A stretch of 63,295 nucleotides of DNA, filler included, from Nemertoderma westbladi (Eukaryota; Animalia; Xenacoelomorpha), in the NCBI GenBank assembly GCA_032718475.1. It is 4 parts of 4 records of this genome, joined end to end, with 100 filler letters (N's around TTAATTAATTAA, not from the genome) between each part and the next. Parts side by side here need not be neighbours in the genome. Positions count along the whole stretch, not along the records: positions 1 to 24,617 come from JAUCBJ010008632.1; 3 more parts are not named here. One strand, written 5' to 3'. The notes below the pieces were generated by a model. The model made no database searches. It saw nothing but the letters and a program-made list of their open reading frames with translations, and was not told the DNA's origin. Made by a program: the position numbers and the translations under genes. Positions 12,487 through 24,717 of this stretch are shown here, one piece after another. How positions within the stretch are numbered: position 1 is the stretch's first letter; every line of letters starts with the position of its first letter.

Positions 12487-14986
12487 GGGTATAACTTTTC
12501 TCCGTATCCGTATGCATTCGCCGTATCCGTATGCAATTACGCGTATGTGCGTATGTAATGGATTCCTATGGAGAATAATCCGTATGTGATTTTAAAGATT
12601 AGGCATTGCGGACCAGTAAGAAGTGCACAGCACACATGCAGACTGAGAGACAGGTAGCCCTACTTAAAAGCGATATGATTTAAAGAGTGCGGCTGCCGCT
12701 ACCTAATGGCAAATAAACATTGTAGGTCTAGGATGAGTGACAGATGATGTCCTTCAGCCCCGGGATGCGCCACAACGCTTGTTTTATTGTACTAATTGAC
12801 ACCGCCGGTTGGACTTAGATTAATTACTGGCACCGGGTTTTTCACGGTGTAACTATAATAATACAATATGTATCGCAAGGGAGTCGCATGTGTATTGAAT
12901 GCGATTAATCGCACACAATCGCAAGCGATAGTAATGCGTTTTATCACAAGTATTTCGGATGCGACAAAGGGTGGGGTAAAACGTCTCACCAACTCTTGTG
13001 AATCGAGAGTGGTAATCTATTGCGATTTTTAAGCGATTTTTTCACTGGGTGGTTTGACTAACACACTAACTGGCACTAGGTTGGACTTGTTTGCACTTGG
13101 CCTCATGGTTAACTAAACACTGGCCACGAAACAGCGAAAGTAAAAGTATTATACTGTATTATATGGGCAATTCCACGGTGTCGGACGTTACGGACATTTC
13201 TCGATTCTCGAGCATTCTCGATTTTTGAATGTGTTTCTTTAAATTTACGAAAATACTTGAATTTTTGACATCAGATTGCGTTGAATAAATGAGACAATTT
13301 ATTAATCTTTCAGATTATCGCAAATACTCTGCATTGGGAAACGTTATTCTTCTTAAACAGTTGACTTTTAAAAAGGTGTCAGACGTTACAAAAATAGGAC
13401 ACTTTTTTATTGTACATATTTTACTTTTGATTGCAATTAATGCCGAAGACTGGTATGTTATTATTTTTGGGCTCACATTGTAGCTCAACTATTCTATTTT
13501 TCGAAAAGGTTTTCTAAATTGGACTGCAGATCTTTTGAAACCGACATTTGCAATTCAAAGTTGTGCGGAATGGAGTCGGACGTCACGTGTTGGACGTTAC
13601 ATAAAAAAAATGAGCAATATTTAGCAACCTCTGACGGCTTTATTTATCGTCTTTGGAATATACTCTAGATATCATTAGAACCGCCTTCATCTGCAGATTC
13701 CGCATCTGAAAACCATTTTAAATTTCACCAAAAATTGCCAAATACAGTATATCATCAAAATACTAAGGGGTGAATTTTGAGTTGAAAATCGCAATTATTG
13801 AAACCTATTTTTATTTATTTATGCATTTTACACTTATGCACTGCAATTTAGACTTTAAATACATTAAATAATAATAGTGTCGGACGTTACAAAGTGTCGG
13901 AGGTTACGAGCTTCATTCGCTGAAATCACAGCCTTTATGGTAGGTAGCCTGGATTGCTGTAAATGACACAAGAGACGCCATCTTACGTCGGCATTGAGTC
14001 ATTTTAATTTCGATATGGTTTGCCAAACAATAGAGAAGTAATTGAGAAAAAATGTAAAAAAAAGTGTCGGACGTTACAATTGGGTACAGGTAGCTTTTAA
14101 TGCTTATTGTATGAGAAGGGTTATATGTTTATGGCGTAGAACTACCCCATTGGAATGTGTATTTACGGTTGATTACAATGATACCCAGGATAGCCTATAT
14201 TATATTGATAAACAGTAAAAAAATATATTTCGCCTTGAATTTTGGTACTTTTTTCGTTTTTACGTGTTTTACGTTTTTTCTTGATGATGGTCGATATAAT
14301 CGCAAAATTTCCTACTTTATACTCTCAAATCAATGTAAATTTTGTCAAATTCGAAAAATTTATGAAATTTGACCCTATAAATCATGACATATTGCTTATT
14401 TTTTAAAGTTTTATTTTTTTCATATCGTGTCCCATTTTCTGTGGAAATGCCCATATGTTAATAAATTCACAAAGAAGGAGAGACTGACACGACGGTTTTA
14501 ATATCTGTGCGAATGTTTATTCCCTTAGCATTCTGATTGCCGCTTCTATCAGTCTATACTATGTTAGTGCCATATACCGGTAGTGTAGCAACCAACAACA
14601 TTCTATAGCCTGTTTGGTGGAAAAACAGTTCAAAAATAAATCACGGTTGGTTAGTTTTCCAAGCGGCGTCAAGAAGAGTTAACTGGTTAATAGGTACTGC
14701 ACTGCCGGCGGAGACCGGCTGTCACTCATCCTGGACCTCTCCTGCATTGTTTATTTGACAAAAGGTAGCGGCAGCCACACTCTTTAAATCACTTAGCTTT
14801 AAGTAGGCCTACCTAGTAATATGTAACAATAAGTAGTGTGTGCTGTGCACTTCTTACTGGTCCGCAATGCCTAATCTCTAAAATCACATACGGATTATTC
14901 TCCATAGGAATCCATTACATACGCACATACGCGTATGTGCATACGGATACGGCAAATGCATACGGATACGGCGAAAAGTTATACCC
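12487..14986. mobile_element. Non-autonomous MULE-like element with about 260-bp TIRs
   Basis: GGGTATAACTTTTC...GAAAAGTTATACCC termini; perfect 9-bp TSD ccgtttgcc (12478-12486, 14987-14995). Confidence 0.85.
13165..14452. mobile_element. Non-autonomous DNA transposon with ATAT flanks (Sola1-like TSD)
   Basis: TIR GGGCAATTCCAC / GTGGAAATGCCC flanked by ATAT on both sides; internal motif gtcggacgttac repeated about 6 times; superfamily is inferred from the TSD only. Confidence 0.65.
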
Positions 14987-15582
14987 CCGTTTGCCTGTGT
15001 ACTGGAATAGCTTCGTCTGGGACTGATTGCTGGCAGGTACCGGTAGGGTTCTCTGTCCCGGTGCTAACCACACTTAACTTACAGTAGGCCTACTACTATG
15101 TTAAATTATTAGTTGTCGGCTTAGGCTAGGCCTGATGTGAAAATAAATGAATATTTAATTTCGCGACAATTTTATTCAATAATTTCGGGAATTTTCTAAT
15201 AGAAAAGCAACTCGTGGCTAATTTCATCTAAAAGTTGGTACCCGGTCTTATTTTGTTGTGCTCTTTCTATTTTCGACTGTGTTCGGCAGTTTTTGGAGTG
15301 TGTTCGGATGTGTTCTACTGTGTTCACTTGTGTTCTGTAAAAAGATCAATCCTTTTAAGAGTGTCACATTCGTAGGAACTAAAGAAACTAACAACTTATT
15401 AACTTTACAGACAAATTTGTAAATATTTATTTCTTCATGTTTACGTATTGTAGGCTACTATCACTTTTATATAAAATTAATTGTATAAAACAATCGCTCA
15501 TAAAGAATTTTTGTTACCATGGGTAATGAAATAATTCTATAATAAAGTCACGTGATTAGAGTGTTGAACAGCGCCACCTTAC

Positions 15583-18500
15583 CTGTCATCCGGGTATTGA
15601 TTTTCATTGAAGAACTTGTCCAGTACAGGCATGCATTCCTCCCTCCACACAAATCGTTCTCGCCGTCTGGGGGCGCACCTAGGCTTACTGCGAGCAGTAT
15701 CTGTACGGAACGAATAAAAAAATTATAAATAATATGAGTAAGTAAGTATACCTTACCCAGTGTGGGGGAGGGGGGGGGGGGCGAATCCACCCCAAATATA
15801 GTTGCTCATCCCCCCAATCTCGGGTTAAACGTAGACTTACAGTACTTTGTACAGTAGGCCTACCTTGTATAACTAACTGACCTGCGGAGAAGCGAGACAC
15901 ACCGTGATTGACAACGTTACGTTTCTCCGAGATGTACCACTTGTATAGAAGCATCTGCGTTGTAGCTCGAAGGGCTATTCCTCGGCAAAAGAACTGAGAT
16001 ATGTAACCCTGGTAGAAAACAATATCCAAAAATTAAAATACAATAATTAATAGAGAGGAATAAACATATTGAGGCTACAAATACCGGTAGGCCTAATTAA
16101 TTATATTATTTCTTTATTCCGGGCCATAACCCATATTAATTAGCACAGTAAAAGACAAAGTAATTTTATTAAATATAATATCGGTAAATTTACATGTAAA
16201 CTCAAAGTAGTGACCTAACTACCTACAATTAAAAAAACATACGATAAAGTAGTACGTAATATAAAGTAGTACGTAATATAAAGTAGTACGTAATATAAAG
16301 TAGTACGTAATATAAAGTAGTACGTAATATAAAGTAGTTTCATTATCACAATATCTCATTTTATCTAAATTGCGAACCGATACAGTAATTGTCTTTCATT
16401 GCGTACCAACCTGGGACACAGACGCCTGGTCTGCCTTACATTGCGTACCAACCTGGGACACAGACGCCTTGTCTGCCTCACACTGCGTACCAACCTGGGA
16501 CACAGACGCCTGGTCTGCCTTACATTGCGTACCAACCTGGGACACAGACGCCTGGTCTGCCTTACACTGCGTACCAACCTGGGACACAGACGCCTGGTCT
16601 GCCTTACACTGCGTACCAACCTGGGACACAGACGCCTGGTCTGCCTTACACTGCGTACCAACCTGGGACACAGACGCCTGGTCTGCCTCACATTGCGTAC
16701 CAACCTGGGACACAGACGCCTGGTCTGCCTTACATTGCGTACCCACCTGGGACACGGACGCCTGGTCTGCCTTACACTGCGTACCAACCTGGGACACAGA
16801 CGCCTGGTCTGCCTTACACTGCGTACCAACCTGGGACACAGACGCCTGGTCTGCCTTACACTGCATACCAACCTGGGACACAGACGCCTGGTCTGCCTTA
16901 CATTGCGTACCAACCTGGGACACAGACGCCTGGTCTGCCTTACATTGCGTACCAACCTGGGACACAGACGTCTGGTCTGCCTTACATTGCGTACCAACCT
17001 GGGACACAGACGCCTGGTCTGCCTTACATTGCGTACCAACCTGGGACACAGACGCCTGGTCTGCCTCACACTGCGTACCAACCTGGGACACAGACGCCTG
17101 GTCTGCCTTACATTGCGTACCAACCTGGGACACAGACGCCTGGTCTGCCTCACATTGCGTACCAACCTGGGACACAGACGCCTGGTCTGCCTTACATTGC
17201 GTACCAACCTGGGACACAGACGTCTGGTCTGCCTTACATTGCGTACCAACCTGGGACACAGACGCCTGGTCTGCCTTACATTGCGTACCAACCTGGGACA
17301 CAGACGCCTGGTCTGCCTTACACTGCGTACCAACCTGGGACACAGACGCCTGGTCTGCCTTACACTGCGTACCAACCTGGGACACAGACGCCTGGTCTGC
17401 CTCACACTGCGTACCAACCTGGGACACAGACGCCTGGTCTGCCTTACATTGCGTACCCACCTGGGACACGGACGCCTGGTCTGCCTTACATTGCGTACCA
17501 ACCTGGGACACAGACGCCTGGTCTGCCTTACATTGCGTACCAACCTGGGACACAGACGCCTGGTCTGCCTTACACTGCGTACCAACCTGGGACACGGACG
17601 CCTGGTCTGCCTTACACTGCATACCAACCTGGGACACAGACGCCTGGTCTGCGACGCTGTTCTGGGTAATCTTGTTGTTGATCATAAATGTTTTCATCTC
17701 TTCGATAACTTCCAAAACAGGTTTACTGAAAGATAATAATAAACATTGAATAATTATTAGTCTACCAACTACTGTTATCTTTATAAATCTGTAAAAGTTG
17801 AGTGACTCAAGAGACACCCACCCCCCCACCCCCCCCGGTCTATGAACTGAAGCAAAATTTGAGTAGTTTCTGTTTTAGTTTCAAGTTCAGTTGTAATAAA
17901 CCTGCATATTTCAGGTCTTGTTCACAAAAAAAATAGTTTCGGTTCAAATAAACCAGTTCAATTCATTAGAGTTCTAAAAAAAGAGTTTCAGTTCTTTTAA
18001 TTACAAATATTTGCCACTACCTTCTTAAAACATAGAAACAGATGCAGCAGGGCCCGCCCATCGTTTCGTAATGACTTGAAAGTTACTATAGCCAATGATT
18101 CCAGTCGTTTGTTTATATTTCACGAAAATTACGCTTTTAATCTTAAAAAGGCAATTTTTAAAAGAAAATTACAAATAAAATAACTCCACAGTAATTTAGT
18201 TGTAATGACGTATAATTATTGACTTGGCTGGTTGGCTCTCTAGGCGAATTATACATCCCGGGCTCATCAGAAAGTAAAGCGCTATTTTATTTCTTTACAA
18301 TATATTTTTTACTGAAATCCCGATATGCTTTTTTCTGCCCATGTGTAGTCCTATTGTAAAAACTGTATTGTTATAGTAAAAAATACCGGTGATACTTTCC
18401 GATACTTTATTTTATTAATATATTTGATCAATACTTCATCATATTTTTTTAATTGAATAATATTACTTCTAATAAATAACAGAATAAAGCAGGTATTTAT

Positions 18501-21500
18501 TTATTAACACTAAATCCATAATTTGTACTATTTGTATATTTATTTCAAATCTATAAATTATTCTTTCAGTGTTAAATCTTAGGGAATTCAGTTCTTGGTC
18601 CAGTTCCAATATTCCAGAACCAGAATATAAGATTTCAGTTCCAGTATTCTAGAATATAAACTTTCAGTTCCAGTATTCTAGAATATAAACTTTCAGTTCC
18701 AGTATTCTAGAATATAAACTTTCAGTTCCAGTATTCCAGAACCAGAATATAAGATTTCAGTTCCAGTATTCTAGAATATAAACTTTCAGTTCCAGTATTC
18801 TAGAATATAAACTTTCAGTTCCAGTATTCCAGAACCAGAATATAAGATTTCAGTTCCAGTATTCTAGAATATAAACTTTCAGTTCCAGTATTCTTGAATA
18901 TAAACTTTCGAGTTCAGTATTCCAGAACCAGAATATAAGTTTTCAGTTCCAGTATTCTAGAATATAAACTTTCAGTTCCAGTATTCTTGAATATAAACTT
19001 TCAGTTCCAGTTTTCTAGAATATCAACTTTCAGTTCCAGTATTCTAGAATATCAACTTTCAGTTCCAGTAATCCAGAACCAGAATATAAAGTCTATTATC
19101 CATAATAATATACTTTATATCCAGAATATCTACGGTAGTACCAGTTTCAATGAAAAAAAAGTTCAGTTCTAGAACTATGCAAAAAACAATTTCAAAGTTA
19201 GGAACGTGAGTCTGTCTACCTAGAAGTCGTATAAAAAATATATTTTAATAGTTCCTACAGGTTGTAAACGCTACCACACCTTTACATAGACGACAACAGT
19301 TATGGAAAATTAGCAGGTTGGGTTACTCTAACCAAAACAACAAACGAAGATCAAGAGAATAGGTAATATTTTAATTTTTATTCAGGTTATCGTCAGTGGA
19401 TGCCGTATGCTTGCACCTTAGTTTTTTTATAAAGTTTACTTTTTATAACTTTGTAATTAAAAACGCAGATGGGGGGGGGGGGGGTGTCTTTCGACGGAAT
19501 CAAAATTAATCTCTCATCAGGGGAAAGTCGACGCAAATAACAGCTGATTACTCCCAAAAATAATTAAATTCATATTTCATATAATTAAATATATTTAGTT
19601 ATGCCGCGAACCAAGTAGGGTTATCCTCAAAGCGTAGCATCCCAACCCAACGCACAAGTGAATACATTTCTATATAAATTGGATGCAACCCCATTAAATC
19701 TCTTCCCACTTATTATCAATTTATTAATATAATAGTTCACAATTCGTCCACATTACTCATTTATGACTAACCGCTTATAATTTTACAAAGTAGTTATCTG
19801 AGGCACGTCTTACTCAGATAGATTGGGGGTTGCCATGGGGATCTGGTGGTATCAAGCTTAGAGGGGGCCATACAATGAGAATCGCGTAAGTGTGAGGCAA
19901 AAGGTTTCGGCCAATACAGAGGAGATAAAGGCACTCGCTACCTGCTGGAATCTCATTAAACAGCCTGGCTCTCTGGAGGATAGGCCCTGAATGAAGCAAC
20001 AAGCATAAATAGCAAATATTACTCCCGGTTTGGGAGGCCTTTCTTCGAGTTTTATATTAACTAGGCAGCTTTAGCAGCTTGTTATGTGAAGGTGGGGCTG
20101 ATAATGCAGTTGTAAACAGCCTATACTCGGGCAGGCAGGCGTTCAGCCCATTAATAATTATCTGGGGGAGATTCAAGTTAAGCCTGAGGCATTTTCTCCC
20201 TTAGTTAATACGAATGGCCTTTACCTTTGATTATATTAGCTAGTCAAGTCACAGGATGAATGATTGATAAACTTAATATATTTGCGCTCATACAAGATTG
20301 GGGATTTATGTGAGAAAACATATAGCAAATAAATTTTGGGGGCTGACACTGACAGGTTAGACATACTAAACGTTACAGTACACATTGCATACCGAATAAT
20401 AATATGTAATATAATTAAAAACGAAATAATGGGCCTATGTGAAGAATACCAGACTTTCAGCTGTTATATTTCACCTTGCAGTTACCCCCATGTGAAGAAT
20501 ACCAGACTTTCAGCTGTTATATTTCACCTTGCAGTTACCCCCATGTGAAGAATACCAGACTTTCTGCCGTTATATTTCACCTTGCAGTTACCCCCATGTG
20601 AAGAATACCAGACTTTCTGCCGTTATATTTCACCTTGCAGTTACCCCCATGTGAAGAATACCAGACTTTCTGCCGTTATATTTCACCTTGCAGTTACCCC
20701 CATGTGAAGAATACCAGACTTTCTGCCGTTATATTTCACTTTGCAGTTACCCCCATGTGAAGAATACCAGGTTTTCACCAAAAACAAAGGTTACAGAAGG
20801 GCTGAATCTAACCAAAACAATAAACGAATTAGTATATGTACAGGTTATAAGACAGAAATCAGCGCTATAAAATCCTTAATAAAGATAAATAAAAAAAATA
20901 AAAAATCTTCATATATAAAATTGCAATAAAAATTCGACCGAAAAGTGAAAACCTGGTATTCTTCACACGGGCGAAATAATGCAAACAAAATTTGCATTAC
21001 ATAAATATAAGTACATCTGCTGTTTATTTTATTAAGAGGCCTACATCGGGAGAACGGGAGTAATAGCCACAGGTCGCAGTTTCATAATCAGATACACCCT
21101 CGGCGCTAAGGTCCCACATTGGCGTAGAGGTTAAATCGGTTAACTTGAATTAACGTCTCTCTGTGGGTTGTGGGTTCGATCCATGCATGGGGACCAGTGG
21201 AGTTTTCGCTTCGGTAATGAATGCTCTAAAGGGTCTAGTCAGGGCGTGGCCCATGTGAAGTATACTACTACTACAACTAGGATCGGCATGCTGCATTGCA
21301 GCTGCATTTTTAAGAATGCTGGGCCGCCTTGTCGACAAAATTGTGCCGCCACAACTCCATATCACACATGACATTTGCTAGATCATCCGTATCATCAAGG
21401 CAGTGTCCTTTAAGATGCGTCTCAAGAAAGTCATGGGCTGTCCACCATGCTTATTCACTCCACGAGGCTGCCAAAGTACAAGATTATGCACTGGCTGGTC

Positions 21501-22525
21501 CTCACGGCGAAAGCAATGTCCTGCAAAGCGGAGGGGATTTTGTTCTAGTGTCAAGCTTGTGGGAACCAATGAGACACCTCCCATGTTATATAGTGTCTGG
21601 TTGGAGATGTGTGCATTGTACTTGACACAATGAACCCTTGCTTTGCAGTTAGAGCCCAGCACGGACTCCCATAGAGGAGTACTGGAACTACTGCTGCTCT
21701 AAATAATCGGACCTTAAGTTTCCGATTAATTCTCGGTGACTTCCAAATCCAGGAAATCCTGTCCATGCCTTTCCAATACGTATTCGAAGGTCCTCACCTG
21801 ACTTCCGGATCCATGATCCCAGGTAACAGAAGTTGTCCACATGCTCAAGCATAACATCCTTTGAGCTTATGCTCATCCGATCAGAGACTTGCTGAGGACT
21901 TTCGAAGTTAACTGTCAAAATTTTGGAGTTAATAAAAAGACCAAAACTAGAAGCAGCATGTTCTATTGAGCTGAGGAGCCGTTGGGCTCCCTCTAGTGAT
22001 TCTGAGAGTACTCCTAAGTCATCAGCAAAGTCTAGATCAGTTAGGTACTTGGCAGGATTTCCTCGACTTCTGGAGCCAGTAGGTGGAGTTATCATCACCC
22101 CATCATCATTATGATGATCTAAGGACATGCGTAGAATATAGTCAACCACAATTATGAACACGAATAATGGTGCAAGTGTGTCCCCCTGGAGGACGCCCCA
22201 TAACACTTCAAATGGTTCTGTGTCACCGTCAACAGTAGACACAAATGTTGTCGAACCATCGTATACTGATCTGGATATTGCAGGACATTGCTTTCGCCGT
22301 GAGGACCAGCCAGTGCATAATCTTGTACTTTGGCAGCCTCATGGAGTGAATAAGCATGGTGGACAGCCCATGACTTTCTTGAGACACATCTTAAAGGACA
22401 CTGACCTTGAAGATGCGGATGATCTAGCAAATGTCATGGGTGATAGGGAGTTGTGGCGGTGCAATTTTGTCGATAAGCCGGCACAGCATTCTTAAAAATG
22501 CAGCTGCAATGCAGCATGCCGACCC

Positions 22526-22566
<41 letters not shown>

Positions 22567-24217
22567 TACTGATCTGATTGCTGCAAAAATTTCATCAGGA
22601 AACCCATGCCATGCTGGCCATGCCAGCTGGCTTTCTGCTGTTATATTTCACCTTGCAGTTGCCCCCATGTGAAGAATGCCAGGTTTTCAATAAAATCACA
22701 GGTTACAGAAGGGCTGAATCTAACCAAAACAATAAACGAATTAGTATATGTACAAGTTATGAGACAGAAATAAGCGCTATAAAACACGTACTACGGAGAA
22801 ATTTGGAAAAATACAAAATTCTTCTTATATAAATTTCTAATAGAATTTCGACCGAAAAGTGAAAACCTGGTATTCTACACATGGGCGCAAATGTGTAATT
22901 ATTTATCGGGCGAAGATTTTTTATGGGAATAAGATACAGCAACGTTGGATTAGAGAACTTAACGACCATATTACCAGATTAATAATAATAAATTTATTGT
23001 TCTGGGGTGAAGTGACGGCGAATTGAATGAAAATGTTCCTCTTAGCGAAAAATATCAACCGACCCTATTGAGTCGGTTGATATTTTTCAATCTTTTTTGA
23101 CAAATCAAATTGGGTGACGGATGGTAGACTCACCATAAAAGTTCACGAAGTTCGATATCATCGTCGCCAATGTCTTCCTTGTTGAACCACTGCGCATCGT
23201 GTACTCTGGGTTGGCATAGCAACATAGAGTCCCCCGCAGTGCGACTGTTGTAGTTTGAGGTGTAACCTAAATAATACGGATGTAATAAATTTATTATAGA
23301 AAGTGAAACAATTTGTAAAAGTTATGCGACTGTGTTCTATAAATAATAGAAAGTTAAACAATTGGTATACTTTTAATACGTGATAGATAGATAGATAGAA
23401 TAGGTACCAAACCGAATGGAAATAAAATTAACTAAGTTTTCCGACTTACCTCCGGGAGGATTATGAGATCGATTTTCGTTGTTAGTGACCCCGGAAGTTG
23501 CCGACTCGTCTGACCAGTGTGTGTCGCTCACAATGCTCTCTGGGGACATTGATGGTTGCCCTGGCGGACCCTGAATGTAGAAACAATATAATATTTAATA
23601 GGAGTCCTATTGAATGAATACGTAGACAGACAATCGTACACCAGTTAAAAAATGAATTCACTTACATGTCAAGCACCGACAAGGAGGCAACTGGAACAAA
23701 TCCCGCCATCACGACGAATTAATAATCGTCTCAATTGTAAATTATTATCAATTTAGGGAAAGGGGCAGTTTGCAATGGTACGTTATTCTAACCAAAACAA
23801 TAAAACTAAAGTAAACCATGAATCAATGGAACAGGGTACAGTTATATTTTTGAGAGTAATCAGCTAGTAAGCAGTATATCGGATCAAGCAAGATGCACCA
23901 AACCCCACAATACCGGAGATATGTATAAAGCGACAAATAAAATAATAATAACAACTGGGTATTCATATTGCAGTGATAAGTTAATTAAATTGTCTTTAAA
24001 CTATATATTTTAAAGTTTAACCTGCATATGGGTGGAATCTGCAATGAACTTTGAAGATTGCGGCTCCAGTTTGGATTGTATATCAACTGATGGCGGAGTG
24101 GAGAAGACCCCCATTGTGGGTACAACGGGACCCGAAGATCTCGGAGATGGATGCCCGAGCAGGAGAGAGTTGGGTTCGTTTTCATACAACTCCAGGGAAT
24201 CCCCATATGTGCAGCAC
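15583..24217 (-). CDS. HMBOX1: HMBOX1/HNF1-class POU-like + homeodomain transcription factor, partial; exons 24217-24022, 23570-23450, 23266-23134, 17725-17629, 16008-15882, 15700-15583
   Basis: Six phase-compatible GT-AG exons give ...DDDIELRELLCKPVLEVIEEMKTFMINNKITQNSVADQASVSQ|GYISQFFCRGIALRATTQMLLYKWYISEK...RRRERFVWREECMPVLDKFFNENQYPDD. This matches the HMBOX1 POU-like domain and homeodomain start (RFTWRKECLAVMESYFNENQYPDE, recalled from memory). Start exon and helix 2-3 exons not found. Confidence 0.85.
16246..16337. repeat. 17-bp tandem repeat (ataaagtagtacgtaat, about 5 copies)
   Basis: Direct inspection. Confidence 0.9.
16396..17652 (-). repeat. 42-bp in-frame tandem array duplicating the HMBOX1-like exon end + donor (about 30 copies)
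   Basis: Minus-strand unit GCAGACCAGGCGTCTGTGTCCCAG|GTTGGTACGCAATGTAAG; first copy is the junction 17629/17628; translates as (ADQASVSQVGTQCK)n. Confidence 0.95.
18595..19085. repeat. 29/36-bp minisatellite in an HMBOX1-like intron
   Basis: Unit tttcagttccagtattctagaatataaac with a longer variant containing ccagaaccagaa. Confidence 0.9.
20432..20973. mobile_element. MITE family A (TIR GGCCCATGTGAAGAATACCAG) with internal 54-bp tandem amplification
   Basis: TIRs at both ends; 8-bp TSD aaataatg (20424-20431, 20974-20981); left subterminal 54-mer repeated about 6 times. Confidence 0.8.
21111..21196 (+). mobile_element. tRNA(Ser-TGA)-like pseudogene or SINE head
   Basis: GTCCCAC...TGGGGACCA ends, A-box TGGCGTAGAGG, anticodon arm GTTAA-CTTGAAT-TAAC, long variable region, B-box GGTTCGATCC. 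Confidence 0.45.
21263..22607 (-). mobile_element. RTE-clade LINE fragment, 5'-truncated and degenerate
   Basis: RT motifs GVLQGDTLAP, LDFADDL, FCYLGS, LRFAGHC; (TAG)n-type tail at 21263. Confidence 0.9.
22274..22563 (+). mobile_element. Short 3' end of the same RTE family inserted antisense into the previous copy
   Basis: AGHCFRREDQPVHNLVLWQP coding end, (AGT)n tail, 13-bp TSD gtatactgatctg at 22261-22273 and 22564-22576. Confidence 0.9.
22629..22887. mobile_element. MITE family A copy split by the RTE insertion (left TIR at about 21248-21262)
   Basis: ggcccatgtgaag precedes the RTE tail; the MITE body resumes at 22629 and ends cctggtattctacacatgggcg. Confidence 0.7.
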
Positions 24218-24367
24218 CTGGGGACATAATAAATGTTTATATCATAGGCCTATCTATAGTAATACTGCAATGCATCACTTCAATTGGATTTAAGGTGTGT
24301 GGATCGTTTTAAATAACTAATTTACAATCAGAAATACCCCGTCCGAGTTCGCTCGACCTAGTGAGAC

Positions 24368-24617
24368 AGGGGGGGGGGGGGGGGGGGGGGACTGGACACA
24401 AATCCCGCCTTGGCGAATTAATATCCCTCCTCAATGTTAAATTCTCAATTTAGGGAAAGGAGCAGGTTACAGTGGGACGTTATTCTACTGTAACCAAAAC
24501 AATAAACTAAACACAATAGAACAGGTTACAGTATTATTTTTGAGATTAATCAACTGTTATATGCGTCGAATTTCCTCTGGAGAGGGATGAATTTTTATTG
24601 CGTTCAGTCCTCCCCCC
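24368..24617. mobile_element. Interspersed repeat family B with poly-G/poly-C ends
   Basis: Homologous to 23690-23865 and to the reverse complements of 51430-51700, 62322-62575 and 19465-19560 (aattcgacgcaaataacagctgattactctcaaaaa). Confidence 0.75.
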
Positions 24618-24717
24618 NNNNNNNNNNNNNNNNNNNNNNNNNNNNNNNNNNNNNNNNNNNNTTAATTAATTAANNNNNNNNNNNNNNNNNNNNNNNNNNN
24701 NNNNNNNNNNNNNNNNN
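24618..24717. other. Assembly gap / contig linker
   Basis: Ns around TTAATTAATTAA (stops in all frames); identical linkers at 48539-48638 and 56116-56215. Confidence 0.95.

Larger units (their letters stand above)
12183..15340. mobile_element. Outer inverted-repeat element (arms about 12183-12365 and 15145-15340)
   Basis: gaacacac...aaattcccgaaattattgaataaaattgtcgcgaaattaaatattcatt is the reverse complement of 15145-15315; left terminus looks degraded. Confidence 0.7.

Noticed and set aside
24662-24673. TTAATTAATTAA motif repeated three times
   Set aside because: Artificial linker inside N gaps; continuity of genes across these gaps is not guaranteed
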